Source: Octopus sinensis
Taxonomy: Eukaryota
Direction of reading: 5' to 3'
NCBI RefSeq assembly: GCF_006345805.1
Contig: NC_042997.1
Location: 170,314,001 to 170,378,000 of the forward strand
DNA: 64,000 nucleotides
Part shown: positions 11,871 through 23,884 of the stretch, piece after piece
Layout of the letters: every line of letters starts with the position of its first letter
How positions within the stretch are numbered: the stretch's first letter is position 1
Program-made: the position numbers and the translations under genes
The notes under the pieces: model-generated
The model's database searches: none
What the model saw: the letters and a program-made list of their open reading frames with translations, nothing else
What the model was told of the DNA's origin: nothing

Positions 11871-12064
11871 GCAAAGAAATATTTGTTGGTGTTGGGCAGA
11901 ACACAAATGAAGCTGGAGCAATAGCAGTGGCTCGCCTTTATGAAGATTATTCTGTTATCTCAATAACTCTAACTAGTAAACTGCATCTAAAGAATATGAT
12001 TTCAATGGCTGGGACAGGAGTTATTGTCATTGGTAACAGTACTGAATCAAAACACCTGTATCAG
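11871..12064 (+). CDS. DDAH: DDAH-family (dimethylargininase) internal exon
   Basis: TTCTTTCCAG acceptor and GTAGGA donor, 194 nt, phase 1 to 0. (G)KEIFVGVGQNTNEAGAIAVARLYEDYSVISITLTSKLHLKNMISMAGTGVIVIGNSTESKHLYQ aligns with DDAH1 GREFFVGLSKRTNQRGA...LHLKSFCSMAGP. Catalytic His retained. Confidence 0.92.
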
Positions 12065-12392
12065 GTAGGAGGATATAATATCAGAATTTTTGTTCAATTT
12101 TAGAAGTGATTTAGTAGATATGATTTTAATATATTTTAATATAAATTACCTTCAAGGAAATGTAACTGCTCTCCTGAAGATTTATGGCCTTGTGCTAATG
12201 TTGGAAACCATTGGGTGCAAGCATGGCTATGCAGTTTAAAAGTTTGCTCTACAACTATGTTGTTCTACATTGAATTCCATTGCATGACATCTTGAGCAAG
12301 AGTCTTCTACTATGGAACTTAGGCTAATCATTGAGTGAAATTTGGGAGACAGAAACTGTGCAGAAGCTTGTCATGCATGTGTGTATTTTCCT

Positions 12393-12745
12393 TTTACTTG
12401 TTTCAGTCATTTGACTAGTGCCATGCTGGAGCACCACCTTAAAGGGTTTTAGTGAAAGAAATTGACTCCAGGACTTATTCTTTGTAAGCCTAGTACTTAT
12501 TCTATCAGTCTCTTTTGCTGAACTGCTAGGTTACAGGGATGCAAACACACCAACATCGGTTGTTGGACAAACACAGATACAAACACACACACACACACAG
12601 ACACACTACAGTCTTCTTTCAGCTTCTGTCTACCAAATCCTCTCACAAGTCTTTGGTTGGCCTGAGGCTATAGTAGAAGACACTTGCCCAAGGTGCCATG
12701 TAGTGAGACTGAACCCAGAGCTATGTGACTGCCAAGAAATTGGTG
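12393..12745 (-). mobile_element. CORE-type SINE
   Basis: TTTTACTTGTTTCAGTCATTTGAC...GACACTTGCCCAAGGTGCC...GAGACTGAACCC, the reverse complement of the family consensus seen in other copies. Confidence 0.85.
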
Positions 12746-13894
12746 CAGTCAACAAAATACTTTGTGATATATATTCTTTGTGACTTGCATCCTTTGGTAC
12801 CAAAAAGAACTTAGGCATTCAACAAATAGAGATTGATAAAGTATGTACAAAGTGCCGAGGAGGGGTAGGGGGAATATATAATAGATTAACACTCCTGAAT
12901 ATGGCACTTGTAATATGCTCATAGTCCAGAAGACAAACCAATAAAAAAATTTACACATTGAAGGCAACCAGTCTTGGGAGATGTAGCACTGAATAAAAAC
13001 TGGGCTGGCAGCCCTGCTAATGTTTGTGGTATGAGAAAGTGCTCTACACCATAAATTTGATTCTACACTCAATATTGAATCCACCCAATCAGTAAATGTT
13101 CTGTTGCTTTAAAATCATAATCTCAATTTAACATTTATGAAAATCTCCATGTATAAATTTATACACCGAAATAGAAATAATAAATTTATGAAAGTGGAAT
13201 TTTCATAGGTCTTGCTAGTTATTATAATAAAATAAATGAATTTGCTTATCGTAAAAGTTGAAAATGATTTTAATTTTAATTTCTTTTTTGGACATGTGTG
13301 TGTGTATATCCATCTGCTAAATATTGTTTTGCTCAGTGCTTCCAGATACAAGCTATCCTTCTCTTCAATATTTATTTATAGACAAGCTGCCTGGGTTATT
13401 CATTGTGAGTAATGTCCTGTGTCAATAACATAACACACAATGATGTGGTGACAAGACCTGGATTATTAATCATTTAGTGATAGAAAATGAACTGTAAATA
13501 CCTTCTTATAATAAACAGTGCGAAAATATTTTTAAGGAACTGTGCTGAGCTCCTAGACACAGGTTTACAGCAGTTACCATTCTTAGAAGTTCTGGAACTT
13601 ATTTCCAGTAGCTTGGTAAACTAAAGATGCATAAATTTACAATACTGATCAAATATGCCTCAAAATACCTATAATGGAATTGAATTCACAATCTGAAAGC
13701 CAGCAATCCCATACCGTATCAATTTCCATTCTACTTGGGTGTTTTGCTTCTATTTTAGCTTCTAGTAAAACACCCTGTTGATGACTCAATGAAAGAAATC
13801 CTCTTTGCTAATATAGCAGCCCAAATCTCCCACAAATCATGTACTATAATCTTAAAAATGAGGGTTACACTGCATAATTGGGTGAAATTTGATG

Positions 13895-13996
13895 AAGTCG
13901 ATCTCGGCGGAATTTGAACTCAGAACGTAATGGCAGACGAAATACGGCTACATATTTCGCCCGGTGTGCTAACGGTTCTGCCAACTCACTGCCTTA
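13895..13996 (-). mobile_element. tRNA-derived SINE (GTCGACTTTGCC family), 5' fragment
   Basis: GGCGGAATTTGAACTCAGAACGTAA...CGAAATACGGCTAC...TTCTGCCAACTC. Confidence 0.8.
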
Positions 13997-14642
13997 CAGC
14001 TCCATCATTATCATCAGCTTATATTACATTGATGCTGTGACCAAGGAATTGTTGAGTTGGCAACAGAGATGTCATCTTTTGTGTGGTAGCCAAATGCATT
14101 TCATTCCAAATGAGTTCGTTTCTCTCCAACCTATTGGCTTATTAAATACATTGAACTGACTTAGCTGGAAATTGAACCTGCATTCCAAGTCTTGCTCTAC
14201 ATGAACTTTACACTGCCCTATGACTCTCAAACAAGCTTATCATAACAGTAAGTTACTTGTGAAAACTTTGTTTTATTAGGTGATGACAGTTGCAGCATTC
14301 ATTACTTTCCAATGTTATTAACCTGTGCCAGTTTGCTTTCCTGACATAGTTTTTCAAAATCGTTCTCAATTATGTTGGTTAAATATTCTAGTTTATTTTT
14401 ATTATGAAACATAAGCAGCAGGTAACATGTCAGTTGAGACTGTACTACACTTTCACCCATATACCCAGAAACATGACAACTAATGTTGTGATAACAATTA
14501 ATCACAATAGCCTTTTTATAGTTATATGTAGTTTAAATACCTCTTGATACAATGTGACTTTGATTTGCTTATTGCTTGTTGCTGTATTTGTTACTTCCCC
14601 TCCCATGGTGTTTTAATCATTTGAAAATCAAACTTGTTTTAA

Positions 14643-14863
14643 CCCTTTCGTTACCATATTTCTTTTGAGATGCTCTGTGTTTCTTTTAATTAATTTTAAA
14701 TATAACAAAGAATTTAGTAAAATAACTTCATTATCATTCAGCTAGTGTTAGGAACATAAATTGTGACTAAGGTTTGGTGGAAGATTTTAATTCAAAACTT
14801 ATGAAAACAAGACATTTGTACTCAGAGCCAGAGGCAGTTTCAGCCTGGTTGGTAACAAAAGGG
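14643..14863. mobile_element. piggyBac-like MITE
   Basis: TTAA-CCCTTTCGTTACCA ... TGGTAACAAAAGGG-TTAA; TTAA TSD at 14639-14642 and 14864-14867. Confidence 0.85.
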
Positions 14864-15369
14864 TTAAACGTTGGTTCAGAATCTTGTCATTTTGTTGTGT
14901 AAAATATTCTATGAAAACAACCATGCTTTAATCACAATTTTTACACTTGGTTAACCAACTGATAAAGTGTTCAAATATGTCACACCTGTTTGATTGGGTT
15001 CAATAACCCATAACTAAAAGAATGAGATTCTCAAGGACTCTTGATTTAGTAACAGAAAGTTGGTGGGAAGAAGATTGGCTTAAATCATCTACAGATTTTC
15101 GTTGCAGATTGTTCTCTAATAACAAGCAAGAGACATCTGCTGTTACTATTTCACTCTGTCTCTTTCTTTCTCTATGTATGTATGTATGTGTGTGCGTGTG
15201 TATGGATGGATGCATGCATGCATGATGACAAATTTTTCTGCTCTTAAAAGGATTATATCCTCTATATATACTGTTCAGTATTTACGTGTTGGAAAAATGT
15301 TTCTACTTGTTCTACTATATATGTATGTATATGTTTATATATATGTGTATGTCTACATATATATATATG

Positions 15370-15665
15370 TGGAGGCACATGGCCTAGTGGTTAGAGCAGC
15401 AAACTCGCGGTTGAGGGATCATGGGTTCGAATCTCAGACCGAGTGATGTGTGTGTTTATGAGTGAAACACCTAAGCTCCACGCGGCTCTGGCAGAAGGAA
15501 GGTAATGGTGAACTTCTGTTGACTCTTTCACCACAACTTCCTCTTACACTTTCTTCCTGCATCTTGCAGCTCACCTGCGATGGACCAGCATCCCATCCAG
15601 GTGGGGAATCCTATACGCCAAGGAAACCGGAAACAGGCGTGGCTCAAGAAGGAACAAACAAACAT
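15370..15665 (+). mobile_element. tRNA-derived SINE (V-domain-like)
   Basis: A box TGGCCTAGTGG, B box GGTTCGAATC, CCTGCGATGGACCAGCATCCCATCCAGG motif and (AAAC)n tail. Confidence 0.75.
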
Positions 15666-15782
15666 ATATGTGTATATGTATGTATGCGTGTATATATATA
15701 TATATATGTATGTGTGTATGTATGTGTATATATATGTATGTATGTGTATATGTATGTGTGTATGTATATATATATATATATA

Positions 15783-15940
15783 TATATAATATAATTCGAG
15801 ACAAAACCGCTATTTTAAAACCAAACAAGGAAAGACTTAATCAATACATAAAATTTTAATATATTAAAATTTTATGTATTGATTAAGTCTTTCCTTGTTT
15901 GGTTTTAAAATAGTGGTTTTGTCTCGAATTATATTATATA
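15783..15940. repeat. 158-bp spacerless palindrome
   Basis: 79-bp arms centred at 15861/15862 with one mismatch (G15809 vs T15914), flanked by (TA)n runs. Confidence 0.95.
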
Positions 15941-16733
15941 ATATTTTACTATAAAATTGGATTTAACCCTAAATCTGATTTTTCCCTGTAATTTTGGATT
16001 CATTCCCTAATATTTATTATTATATATATATATATATATATATATATCACAATCAAGGAACGGCCATAATAGGCCATTCACCCACTAGAAATAACAGCCA
16101 AAGCTTCAACCGCAAAATAGCATCAATTCCGTAAACCAGGAGAAAATTAAAAAACATTTACCCTGTAATTTCTTATACGATGCACCGTTTCATCTACTGT
16201 TTAATGGTAAACTAGCCTGATTAAATTAAATCAAGCCAATCTTCCATAGGCCCTTAGAATCGTCAGTAAGAAATAGCCAAGTCGAACAGATATTTTCACG
16301 AGGCATTTCTGTCCCTGCCTCAGCAATATCTGACCTAAAATTTTCAAATCATCGCACTCGCGATGATTAACCTATATTGATTAATTATATATATATATAT
16401 ATATATATATTAGGTAGATAGATATAACATGTCATATAATAGATAGATTCCTTTTTCAAATTCAGAGGTATAAAAACCTGTTGCTTCAGTAATGTTGATG
16501 ACAGTCACCAACTGCTAAAATTTCTCAACATTAAGTACATTCTGAATTTTTCTTTTTCATATCTACATTCCATTTCACATTGATTTCATGTTGTACATTT
16601 TTTAAAATGCAACCGGATAAAACCTACAAAAAAAAGTTACATTTTTATTACTTAGTGTTTGTTTATTTTTCTATCGTAATCATATATGTCATACCCTATA
16701 AGTAAAATGTTCTTCTTCTACTTGGACTTGTAG

Positions 16734-16865
16734 CAAATTAAAGATCTCACCTCTAACACATACTACAAATTAGACTTGGACAGTGATATACCGGCCAATG
16801 TGTTGTTTGCAAATGGTGCAATGATCCATCGTAGCCGAGACGAAATGGGAACCACCAACTGCAGT
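16734..16865 (+). CDS. DDAH: DDAH-family internal exon
   Basis: CTTGTAG acceptor and GTAAAT donor, 132 nt, phase 0 to 0. QIKDLTSNTYYKLDLDSDIPANVLFANGAMIHRSRDEMGTTNCS aligns with DDAH1 [26 protein letters not shown]...LLHRTPEEY. Confidence 0.88.
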
Positions 16866-17123
16866 GTAAATATCACTTTTATTTTCACATTTATAGTTCT
16901 CCATAATTTTGTGCATAAATAAATATATGTCCGTCAATTGCAAGTGGAAAGGGATGAGTTAGATGTTTTTCACTAAAATGGATGAAAGCGCTAATATATG
17001 ATATATGATGTATAAAAACATGTAATATACAAATAAATATCTGTAAATATAAAACCATCCGAATTTCTGAGTACCTCATTTCTTCTAATATAAAATACCT
17101 GTACATCATCTCCAAACCTTCTA

Positions 17124-17133
17124 ATACACACAC

Positions 17134-17171
<38 letters not shown>

Positions 17172-17198
17172 ACACACACACACACCACACACACAACA

Positions 17199-17235
<37 letters not shown>

Positions 17236-17242
17236 TATGTGT
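17124..17242. repeat. (CA)n microsatellite
   Basis: About 110 bp of interrupted CA repeat. Confidence 0.95.
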
Positions 17243-17423
17243 GAATGTTTGGTTGTAAAAATTGGAGAAAAGTATTAATTCAAAGCTGATGATAGAATCA
17301 ATTACTTGAACATTTGGTCCAAATGATGTTCCTTGATCAGATTCACAAAAGCAGGGAATTTGAATTAGTGGTGGAGTGAATCTCCAACTTCAAATGATTT
17401 GTGTGTGTGTGTGTGCATGCATC

Positions 17424-17812
17424 ATTTATATTTTAGTTGCTTCAGTCATTAGACCACAGCCATGGAGCAATTCTTGAGGAATTTTAATTGAATGAATCAA
17501 CTTCAGTACTAATTTTTTTTTAAGCCTGGTACGTAATCTTTTGGTCTCTTTTGCCAAACCACTAAATAATGGGGACATAAGCACACCAACACCAGTTGTC
17601 AAGTGGTGGTAGGGAACAAAAACAGACAACAACACATGTACACACACATAGATGACAGGCTTCTTTCAGTTTCCATCTGCCAAATCTACTCACAAGGCTT
17701 TGGTCAGCTTGAAACTGTAGTAGAAGATGCTTGTTCAAGGTGCCATGCAGTGGGACTGAGCCCAGAACCTTGTGGTTGGGAAGCAGCCTTCTTACCACAT
17801 AACCACACCTGC
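17424..17812 (-). mobile_element. CORE-type SINE
   Basis: Reverse-complement family sequence including GGTGCCATGCAGTGGGACTGAGCCC. Confidence 0.85.
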
Positions 17813-17843
17813 ATGTGCAAAATTTAAAACTAGTATGAATATA

Positions 17844-18076
17844 TATTTCTTTATTGCCAACAAGGGGTTAAACATAGAGGGGACAAACAAAGACAGATAA
17901 AGGGATTAAGTCAATTACGTCGACCCCAGTGTGTAACAGGTACTTTATTTATTGACCCCGAAAGGATGAAAGGCAAAGTCGACCTCGGTGGAATTTGAAC
18001 TCAGAATGTAACGGCAGGCGAAATACAGCTATGCATTTCGTCCGGCATGCTAATGATTCTGCCAGCTCGCCGCCTT
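17844..18076 (-). mobile_element. tRNA-derived SINE (GTCGACTTTGCC family)
   Basis: TATTTCTTTA...GAAAGGATGAAAGGCAAAGTCGACC...GCCAGCTCGCCGCC. Confidence 0.9.
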
Positions 18077-18082
18077 AACTAG

Positions 18083-18087
<5 letters not shown>

Positions 18088-18116
<29 letters not shown>

Positions 18117-18545
18117 AATTATTGTATACAGTGCTCAGGTGCACCACAACTTGTCAGAGTATATGCAGTAATGTACAAATGTCTGGAAAGCGAACAATGC
18201 ATGAGTCAGATACATGCTTGAGTGTGTATGGAGGGGAGAAAATCAGGTGTAGTGTTGGCGAATCTCAGAAAGCATGGAAGTTTTGAAGGATGCAGTGCTC
18301 CGACAACTAACAACTGATGCCGGCAGTTTGTTCCATGCTTCAGCAACTCTCAGCGTGGAAAAATGTTTTCTAAAGTGCTGTTTTCTGACTTTGTAAATAT
18401 GTCCACGGGTGTTAGATGGGTGGAGTTTGAAAAGGTGCTCAGAGTTATTGTTTGTATGATGGTTGATAATTTTATGGGTGTCTGCCAAGTCAGCTGCCAG
18501 ACATCGGAGTTTCAATGTGTCCATGCCCAGTGACTGCATTGTAGA
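18088..18545 (-). mobile_element. CR1/L2-clade LINE 3' fragment
   Basis: ORF end LKLRCL..DL..THKII...NTRGH..KV...LRVAEAWNKLP, followed by a 3' UTR and an (AAT)n tail. Confidence 0.85.
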
Positions 18546-19264
18546 CCTGCATGCAAGTGGATAATTATATTTGTAAGTATTCTATGATCTGAATAGGTAT
18601 AATGAGGTTGTGTAGCAAATAAAATCAAAATGACATACAACTGAAAAACAGAAAAAATCATTTTTGAGAATGTTTTACCCTGATCAACATCAATGAAAGA
18701 AATAATGTTGGAGAAATTACAATTACAGATCTTGGCTTTTGGTTAGATACAAGAGCAGATGTTCTATTTTTTTTTAAGGAAAATTGGATTTAGAGAAATG
18801 AGTTTATTACTAGTATTTTATTTTTTTTAACTTGTTAGAAATAAATGAATTTGGGATGTTTGTACATATTTTCTCTCATGGAGCACATCAGTGGTCTGAG
18901 AAGGGAGACAACCACCAGTTACAATGTTAGACCCCACCCATTTTGATTGTATTTTAGTCAAACACTCCTGATGTATTTAAAATTGTTTAACACCAAGAAA
19001 GATCTTATCGTGAAGTTGCTGTACTCGATGTGCTATTGACATTTAAGGAATTTGGATCCTTCATATGCAAAAGATTCAAGTTGGTAGGAGCTGTATATAT
19101 TGTATATATTGACTTAAAAGCCATTTTTTGATATTTTATATATATTTATATAAAGTTGAATAAATAATATTATTTTATAAGTAAATGTTTTGGTCAGTGT
19201 AGTGGTTATTATTTATATGCATTCTTAGAAACTTGAATAATTTTCATTAATTTTTTTATTTCAG

Positions 19265-19462
19265 ATCTTAGATGAGAAGATTGGGTATGAGCGGGACGAG
19301 GTAGAACTGCGAGAATTTGACAAGCTAAACCGTACCTTAAGTAGCCTGTGCCTGTTTATCAACAGGACCAAGACTACCCGACAGATCATGTCGGATATCA
19401 ATGATGAAGATATCAACAGCTATTCTACGTTGACCAGAAAAGGCAAGGATTATTACAAATAG
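19265..19462 (+). CDS. DDAH: DDAH-family terminal coding exon (catalytic Cys position is Ser)
   Basis: TTTCAG acceptor, 66 codons ending TAG at 19460-19462. ILDEKIGYERDEVELREFDKLNRTLSSLCLFINRTKTTRQ...KDYYK aligns with DDAH1 [21 protein letters not shown] and DDAH2 ELEKAGAGLSSLCLVL. Confidence 0.88.
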   Translation: MLDEKIGYERDEVELREFDKLNRTLSSLCLFINRTKTTRQIMSDINDEDINSYSTLTRKGKDYYK

Positions 19463-20747
19463 TCTGCCATTAAGCTGTCTCTTTCTTATTGTTTTGTCAA
19501 TTTTCCTTTTTAAACTCCGAGTAAAAATTTTTTGGTTGAGTGGAGACTATATTTTTTTTAATTTTCCTTTTTTTAACTCCCCATTTTGCTGCTCTAGCTT
19601 AATTATCATCCATAAATTTAAGCTAATTTGGAGACTTCAGTGACAAATGCAAACACTTAAACACACTAATGATCATAGTTACAAGACAATAAGTTCCAAG
19701 AAGAGATAACAGTTTCGTTGTAAGTTGTTAGCATTAATACATCAGTATGATTTTAAAGAAACCATGAGGAAATGAAATGCTAACGAAAATATACCCATTA
19801 ATATAGGATTTTGGTGAAACTTCATTCCAGCTTCTTTATTTCGGTTCATTTCATATTTTATGTACTCTAAAAGTTGAGTATGTGATGAAATAAAATTTTT
19901 TTTTTTTTTTTTTTGCCCACTCTTCTTTCCATACCGATTCCATACTGCTGTTGTAGTTTTTATAACAAAGCCAGCATTTATTTTAACCTTCAACGATGTT
20001 TTAAAATATTATTAATCGAGTTTTTCAATATATGCCAACTGGTTTTTTTAATAATATTTTATTTATCTTCTAATATGATTTTGTTAAAACTGCTTTGATG
20101 TAGATGTAAATAAAAGATTTCTATCCTTCATCAGATTTGTTTTAAAGATGAGATAATAAAAAGATATATTTCAAATGTTTGTTTTTCTGAATTATTTCTT
20201 TTTAACTTATCCTATCTTCATCTGTAAATTGTATATGAAAAATGAACTCTGGGTGGAAAAATACAGGGTGTTTTGGCTAAATTTGACAGTTTGCATAAAA
20301 GGAAACAAAAACACAATATTCCATCCAAAAGTAATAATATATTTTTTAAAAATCAAAAAATATCAACTAGATTATGGCTGGGAGATAAGTTTACTTGAAG
20401 TAGCCATCCTCCTAGCAGCTCCAGAATCTGGCACATGCATTCTTCAGTGTCCCTGGGAAGATCTTTGAACACTTCTGATCTTGTTCACCAGCTCAGCCTT
20501 AGTGTTTTAGGCAGAGTGGTTGGTATCTTTCTCAACAACGCCCCATGCATAATAATTTATGAGATTACAATTGGGGGAAATTAGGAGGCCAGAAATTGGG
20601 GCTGGTGAAGTTGTAGAAATTCTCTGACAACCACTTCTCTTTCTGGAGTTGTAGCAAGGAGCCAGAATCTGCTGTTACACAAATGGTCTTCCAGCAACAA
20701 CCTTCTATACAGTCTCTTGCAGCTTCACATGGCTGTCTGAATTGAAT

Positions 20748-21047
20748 AAAATAATAATAATGAAATTATTGTATACAGTGCTTAGGTGCACCACAACTTG
20801 TCAAAAGTGCGTATAAAGCATATGCAGTAATGTAGAAATGTCTGGAAAGTGAACAGTGTATGAGTCAGATACATGCTTGCGTGTGTATGGAGGGGAGAAA
20901 ATCAGGTGTAGTGTTGGCGTATCTCAGGAAGCATGGAAGTTTTGAAAGATGCAGTGCTCTGACAACTAACAACTGATGCCGGCAGTTTGTTCCATGCTTC
21001 AGCAACTCTTAGTGTGAAAAAATGTTTCCTAAAGTCATGGGAGCTGT
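20748..21047 (-). mobile_element. CR1/L2-clade LINE 3' fragment
   Basis: HDFRKHFFTLRVAEAWNKLPASVV, followed by a 3' UTR and an AAT tail. Confidence 0.85.
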
Positions 21048-21374
21048 ACAGGTTCCCACATTGTCTGTTCAAAGATGTGAGGTGGCACGACATCACTCTC
21101 ACTGAAAACACACCCAAGGACCATCACTGTTTGGGGGAACTTGGTTTTCATGACTTCCATTTCACGTCATACAGCCTTAACAGTGTTCTCAGCATTGAGC
21201 AGCATTCATGATGTTGCCATTTTGACAACCAGTGCAAATCATCATGATACAGGTAACTCTTATCCAATATTCAGATCACTTCTAGTCCTCTGTGTGAGCT
21301 AACATTTTCTCAACTACAACTTTAATCTTTATTTGACACCATTGACTGCTCACCAATACATTGAAATACATTGG

Positions 21375-21818
21375 ATACATTGAAACTCTGACGTCTGGCA
21401 GCTGACTTGGCAGACACCCATAAAATTATTAACCATCTTACTAACAATAGCTAGGAGCACCTTCTCAAACTCTACCTGTCTAACACCCATGGACATATTT
21501 ACAAAGTCAGAAAACAGCACAGCTCCCATGACTTTCAGAAACATTTTTTCACTCAAAGAGTTGCTGAAGTATGGAACAAACTGCCGGCATCAGTTGTTAG
21601 TTGTCGGAGCACTGCATCCTTCAAAACTTCCATGTTTCCTGAGATTTGCCAACACTACACCAGATTTTCTCCCCTCCATGCACACGCAAGTATGTATTTG
21701 ACTCATACACTGTTCACTTTCCAGACATTTGTACATTACTGCATATGCTTTATATGCACTTTTGACAAGTTGTGGTGCACCTGAGCACTGTATCCAGTAA
21801 TTTCATTATTATTATTAT
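21375..21818 (+). mobile_element. CR1/L2-clade LINE 3' fragment
   Basis: Same family in the opposite orientation to the 20748 copy; ends TTTCATTATTATTATT. Confidence 0.85.
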
Positions 21819-22044
21819 CAAACTACTCTTGAAAAAAGGAAACATAAAAAATTGTCAAATTTAATGTGAACACCCTGTTTGATGTGATGACTTTTTATGT
21901 CATAACTACCACATAAAGGTGGTGCTCCAGCATGGCCACAGTCAAATGACTGAAACAAGTAAAAGAGTATATATATATATTTGTCTGTGTTGGTGCCTAC
22001 ATAACTAACATATCTATAGCCAATACAAATGATTTCAAATTTTG

Positions 22045-22243
22045 GCACAAGGCCAGCAGTTTAGGGGGAAGGGGTAAGTTGATTACATCATCCCCAGTGC
22101 TCAACTGGTACTTATTTTTACTGACCCTGAAAAGATGAAAGGCAAAGTTGACCTTGGCAGAATTTGAGCTCAGAACATGAAGACAGATGATATGCTGCTG
22201 AGCATTTTTCCCAGCATGCTAACAATTCTGCTGACTTGTGACC
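22045..22243 (-). mobile_element. Decayed tRNA-derived SINE (GTCGACTTTGCC family)
   Basis: GAAAAGATGAAAGGCAAAGTTGACC...GAATTTGAGCTCAGAAC. Confidence 0.75.
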
Positions 22244-22309
22244 TTATAGCCATTACAAATGATAAGTCAATGTGGGAACCTGTACAGAGTCACTCAACCT
22301 GCTTAGATA

Positions 22310-22590
22310 TAGCAACCATCTGATTATCATTTATTTTGCAGTCTTCAAAATCATTTGGACAGAAAAAAATATGAAGTGTGTAGATGAGGTCAGAAGAGTA
22401 CTGGAGGAGTATTTTTCGTCACAGACAAGTGAATTTTGGAAGAGAGGCCTTGCAAGTCAACCAGATAGACAGAAGAGCATTGTAGAAAATGAAGGAGAGT
22501 ATATCTTAGATTAAAAAATTAGATTATTTTAATTTTGAAAAATAAAAGAAGTATAAAAAAAACCCACATTATTTATAGGATGACCCAATA
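22310..22590 (+). mobile_element. Mariner transposase C-terminal remnant with right TIR
   Basis: DYHL motif, then MKCVDEVRRVLEEYFSSQTSEFWKRGLAS..DR..SIVENEGEYILD*, the typical mariner C-terminus; ends TTTATAGGATGACCCAATA. Confidence 0.8.
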
Positions 22591-22594
22591 TATA

Positions 22595-22745
22595 TGATGG
22601 GCTTCTTTTAGTTTCTGTCTACCAAATCCAATCAGAAGGTTTTGGTCAGCTCAAGGCTATAGTAGAAGACACTTGCCCAAGGTGCCATGCAGTGGGACTG
22701 AACTCAGGTTGGGAAGCAAACTTTTTACCACATAGCCTTGCCTGT
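22595..22745 (-). mobile_element. CORE-type SINE, 5' part
   Basis: GAAGACACTTGCCCAAGGTGCCATGCAGTGGGACTGAAC. Confidence 0.75.
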
Positions 22746-23689
22746 GCATACTTTTTTTTTTTTTCACTTCAGAAGGAGGAAAAGCAAAGTTGATCTCATT
22801 GAGATTTGAACACAGTATGTAAAGAACCAGAACAAATACTGCAAGGTATTTTCTCTGATGCTCTAATAACTTTTACCAATCCAATACTCTTCTTGGACTA
22901 TAAACAAGGGAACAATTAACTTTATCTAAAATTATCTCAATACTGACATCATAAATCATGGAAGAGTCATCACCTGTATACTTCATGTTTTGTCACACCC
23001 ATCTTGGATAGTAGATTCTTATTCAAAATACATATCTGTGCTCTTTCTGAAGATGCTGTCTGTTGCATATCACTGATAGTGTCATTGATGTCAGCCCACT
23101 GCCAGTGAAACTTCTGTCTTACTAACCAGATGGTTTTTCTAACCATCTGAGGCTGTGTTGCTAAGGATTCTGCGTGTATGTTAGATTAATGAATCAATAA
23201 CAGTTGTTAGTCATAGAGAAGTGCTATCACTGCATTTAGTTTCTATTCAATCATTTTAGAGTCTTTGAAATAAATGCATTACAAAGAATCTTAGTGATCA
23301 AATAACAAGATTTTGTGAAAACTTAAATGGTTTGAAACATAACAAAAGTTCTACATATAGGTAAAGAAACTAGCAGAAGTGGAGGACTTGGGCCTACTCT
23401 GTTGAATACAACACAGGAGAAAGAGATTCTGGTTGGATAGGGGCTGAAAGAGACACACTAGACAAGGCCTTGTCTAGCACAGACTAGACAAGGCTGATGA
23501 GATTATAATGGTGGCTCCTGGTGTAGTAATTTTATATCACCATTGAGGAAAAAGTAAAAAAGATGGTGAAGATTGAAAGGGTTCTGTTGGTCACCTGATT
23601 TACCAAGTTGCATGAATGGTTTATAAAGATCCTACTTTCTAATCCAATATCAATTTAAAATTTTGGTGCAATGCCAGTAATTTCGAGGG

Positions 23690-23838
23690 AGGTATCAAAT
23701 CAATTACATTGACAGTACTTATTTTATTGACCCCCAAAAGGATGAAATGCAAAGTTGACATTAGCGGAATTAAGGATGGACGAAATGCTACTAAGCATTT
23801 TATTCAGCATGCTTACAGTTCTACCAGCTTGCCACCTT
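23690..23838 (-). mobile_element. Decayed tRNA-derived SINE (GTCGACTTTGCC family)
   Basis: GGATGAAATGCAAAGTTGAC...GACGAAATGCTACTAAGCATTT...CCAGCTTGCCACC. Confidence 0.7.
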
Positions 23839-23884
23839 AAAGAAATGTCACTAAACATTTTGTCATGTGCGCTAACAATTCCGC

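Noticed and set aside
16240-16275. Minus-strand CTGACGA core in a (TA)-flanked block
   Set aside because: Followed by GAAG rather than GAAA, and no stem I partner was found.
15462-17232. ORFs rich in YIYI, CVCV and HTHT (also at 8179-8912, 26659-26995, 47703-47990, 54978-55251)
   Set aside because: Translations of microsatellites and minisatellites.
20118-20134. Minus-strand CTGATGA-AGGATA-GAAA
   Set aside because: No stem II pairing and no flanking stems; a chance match.
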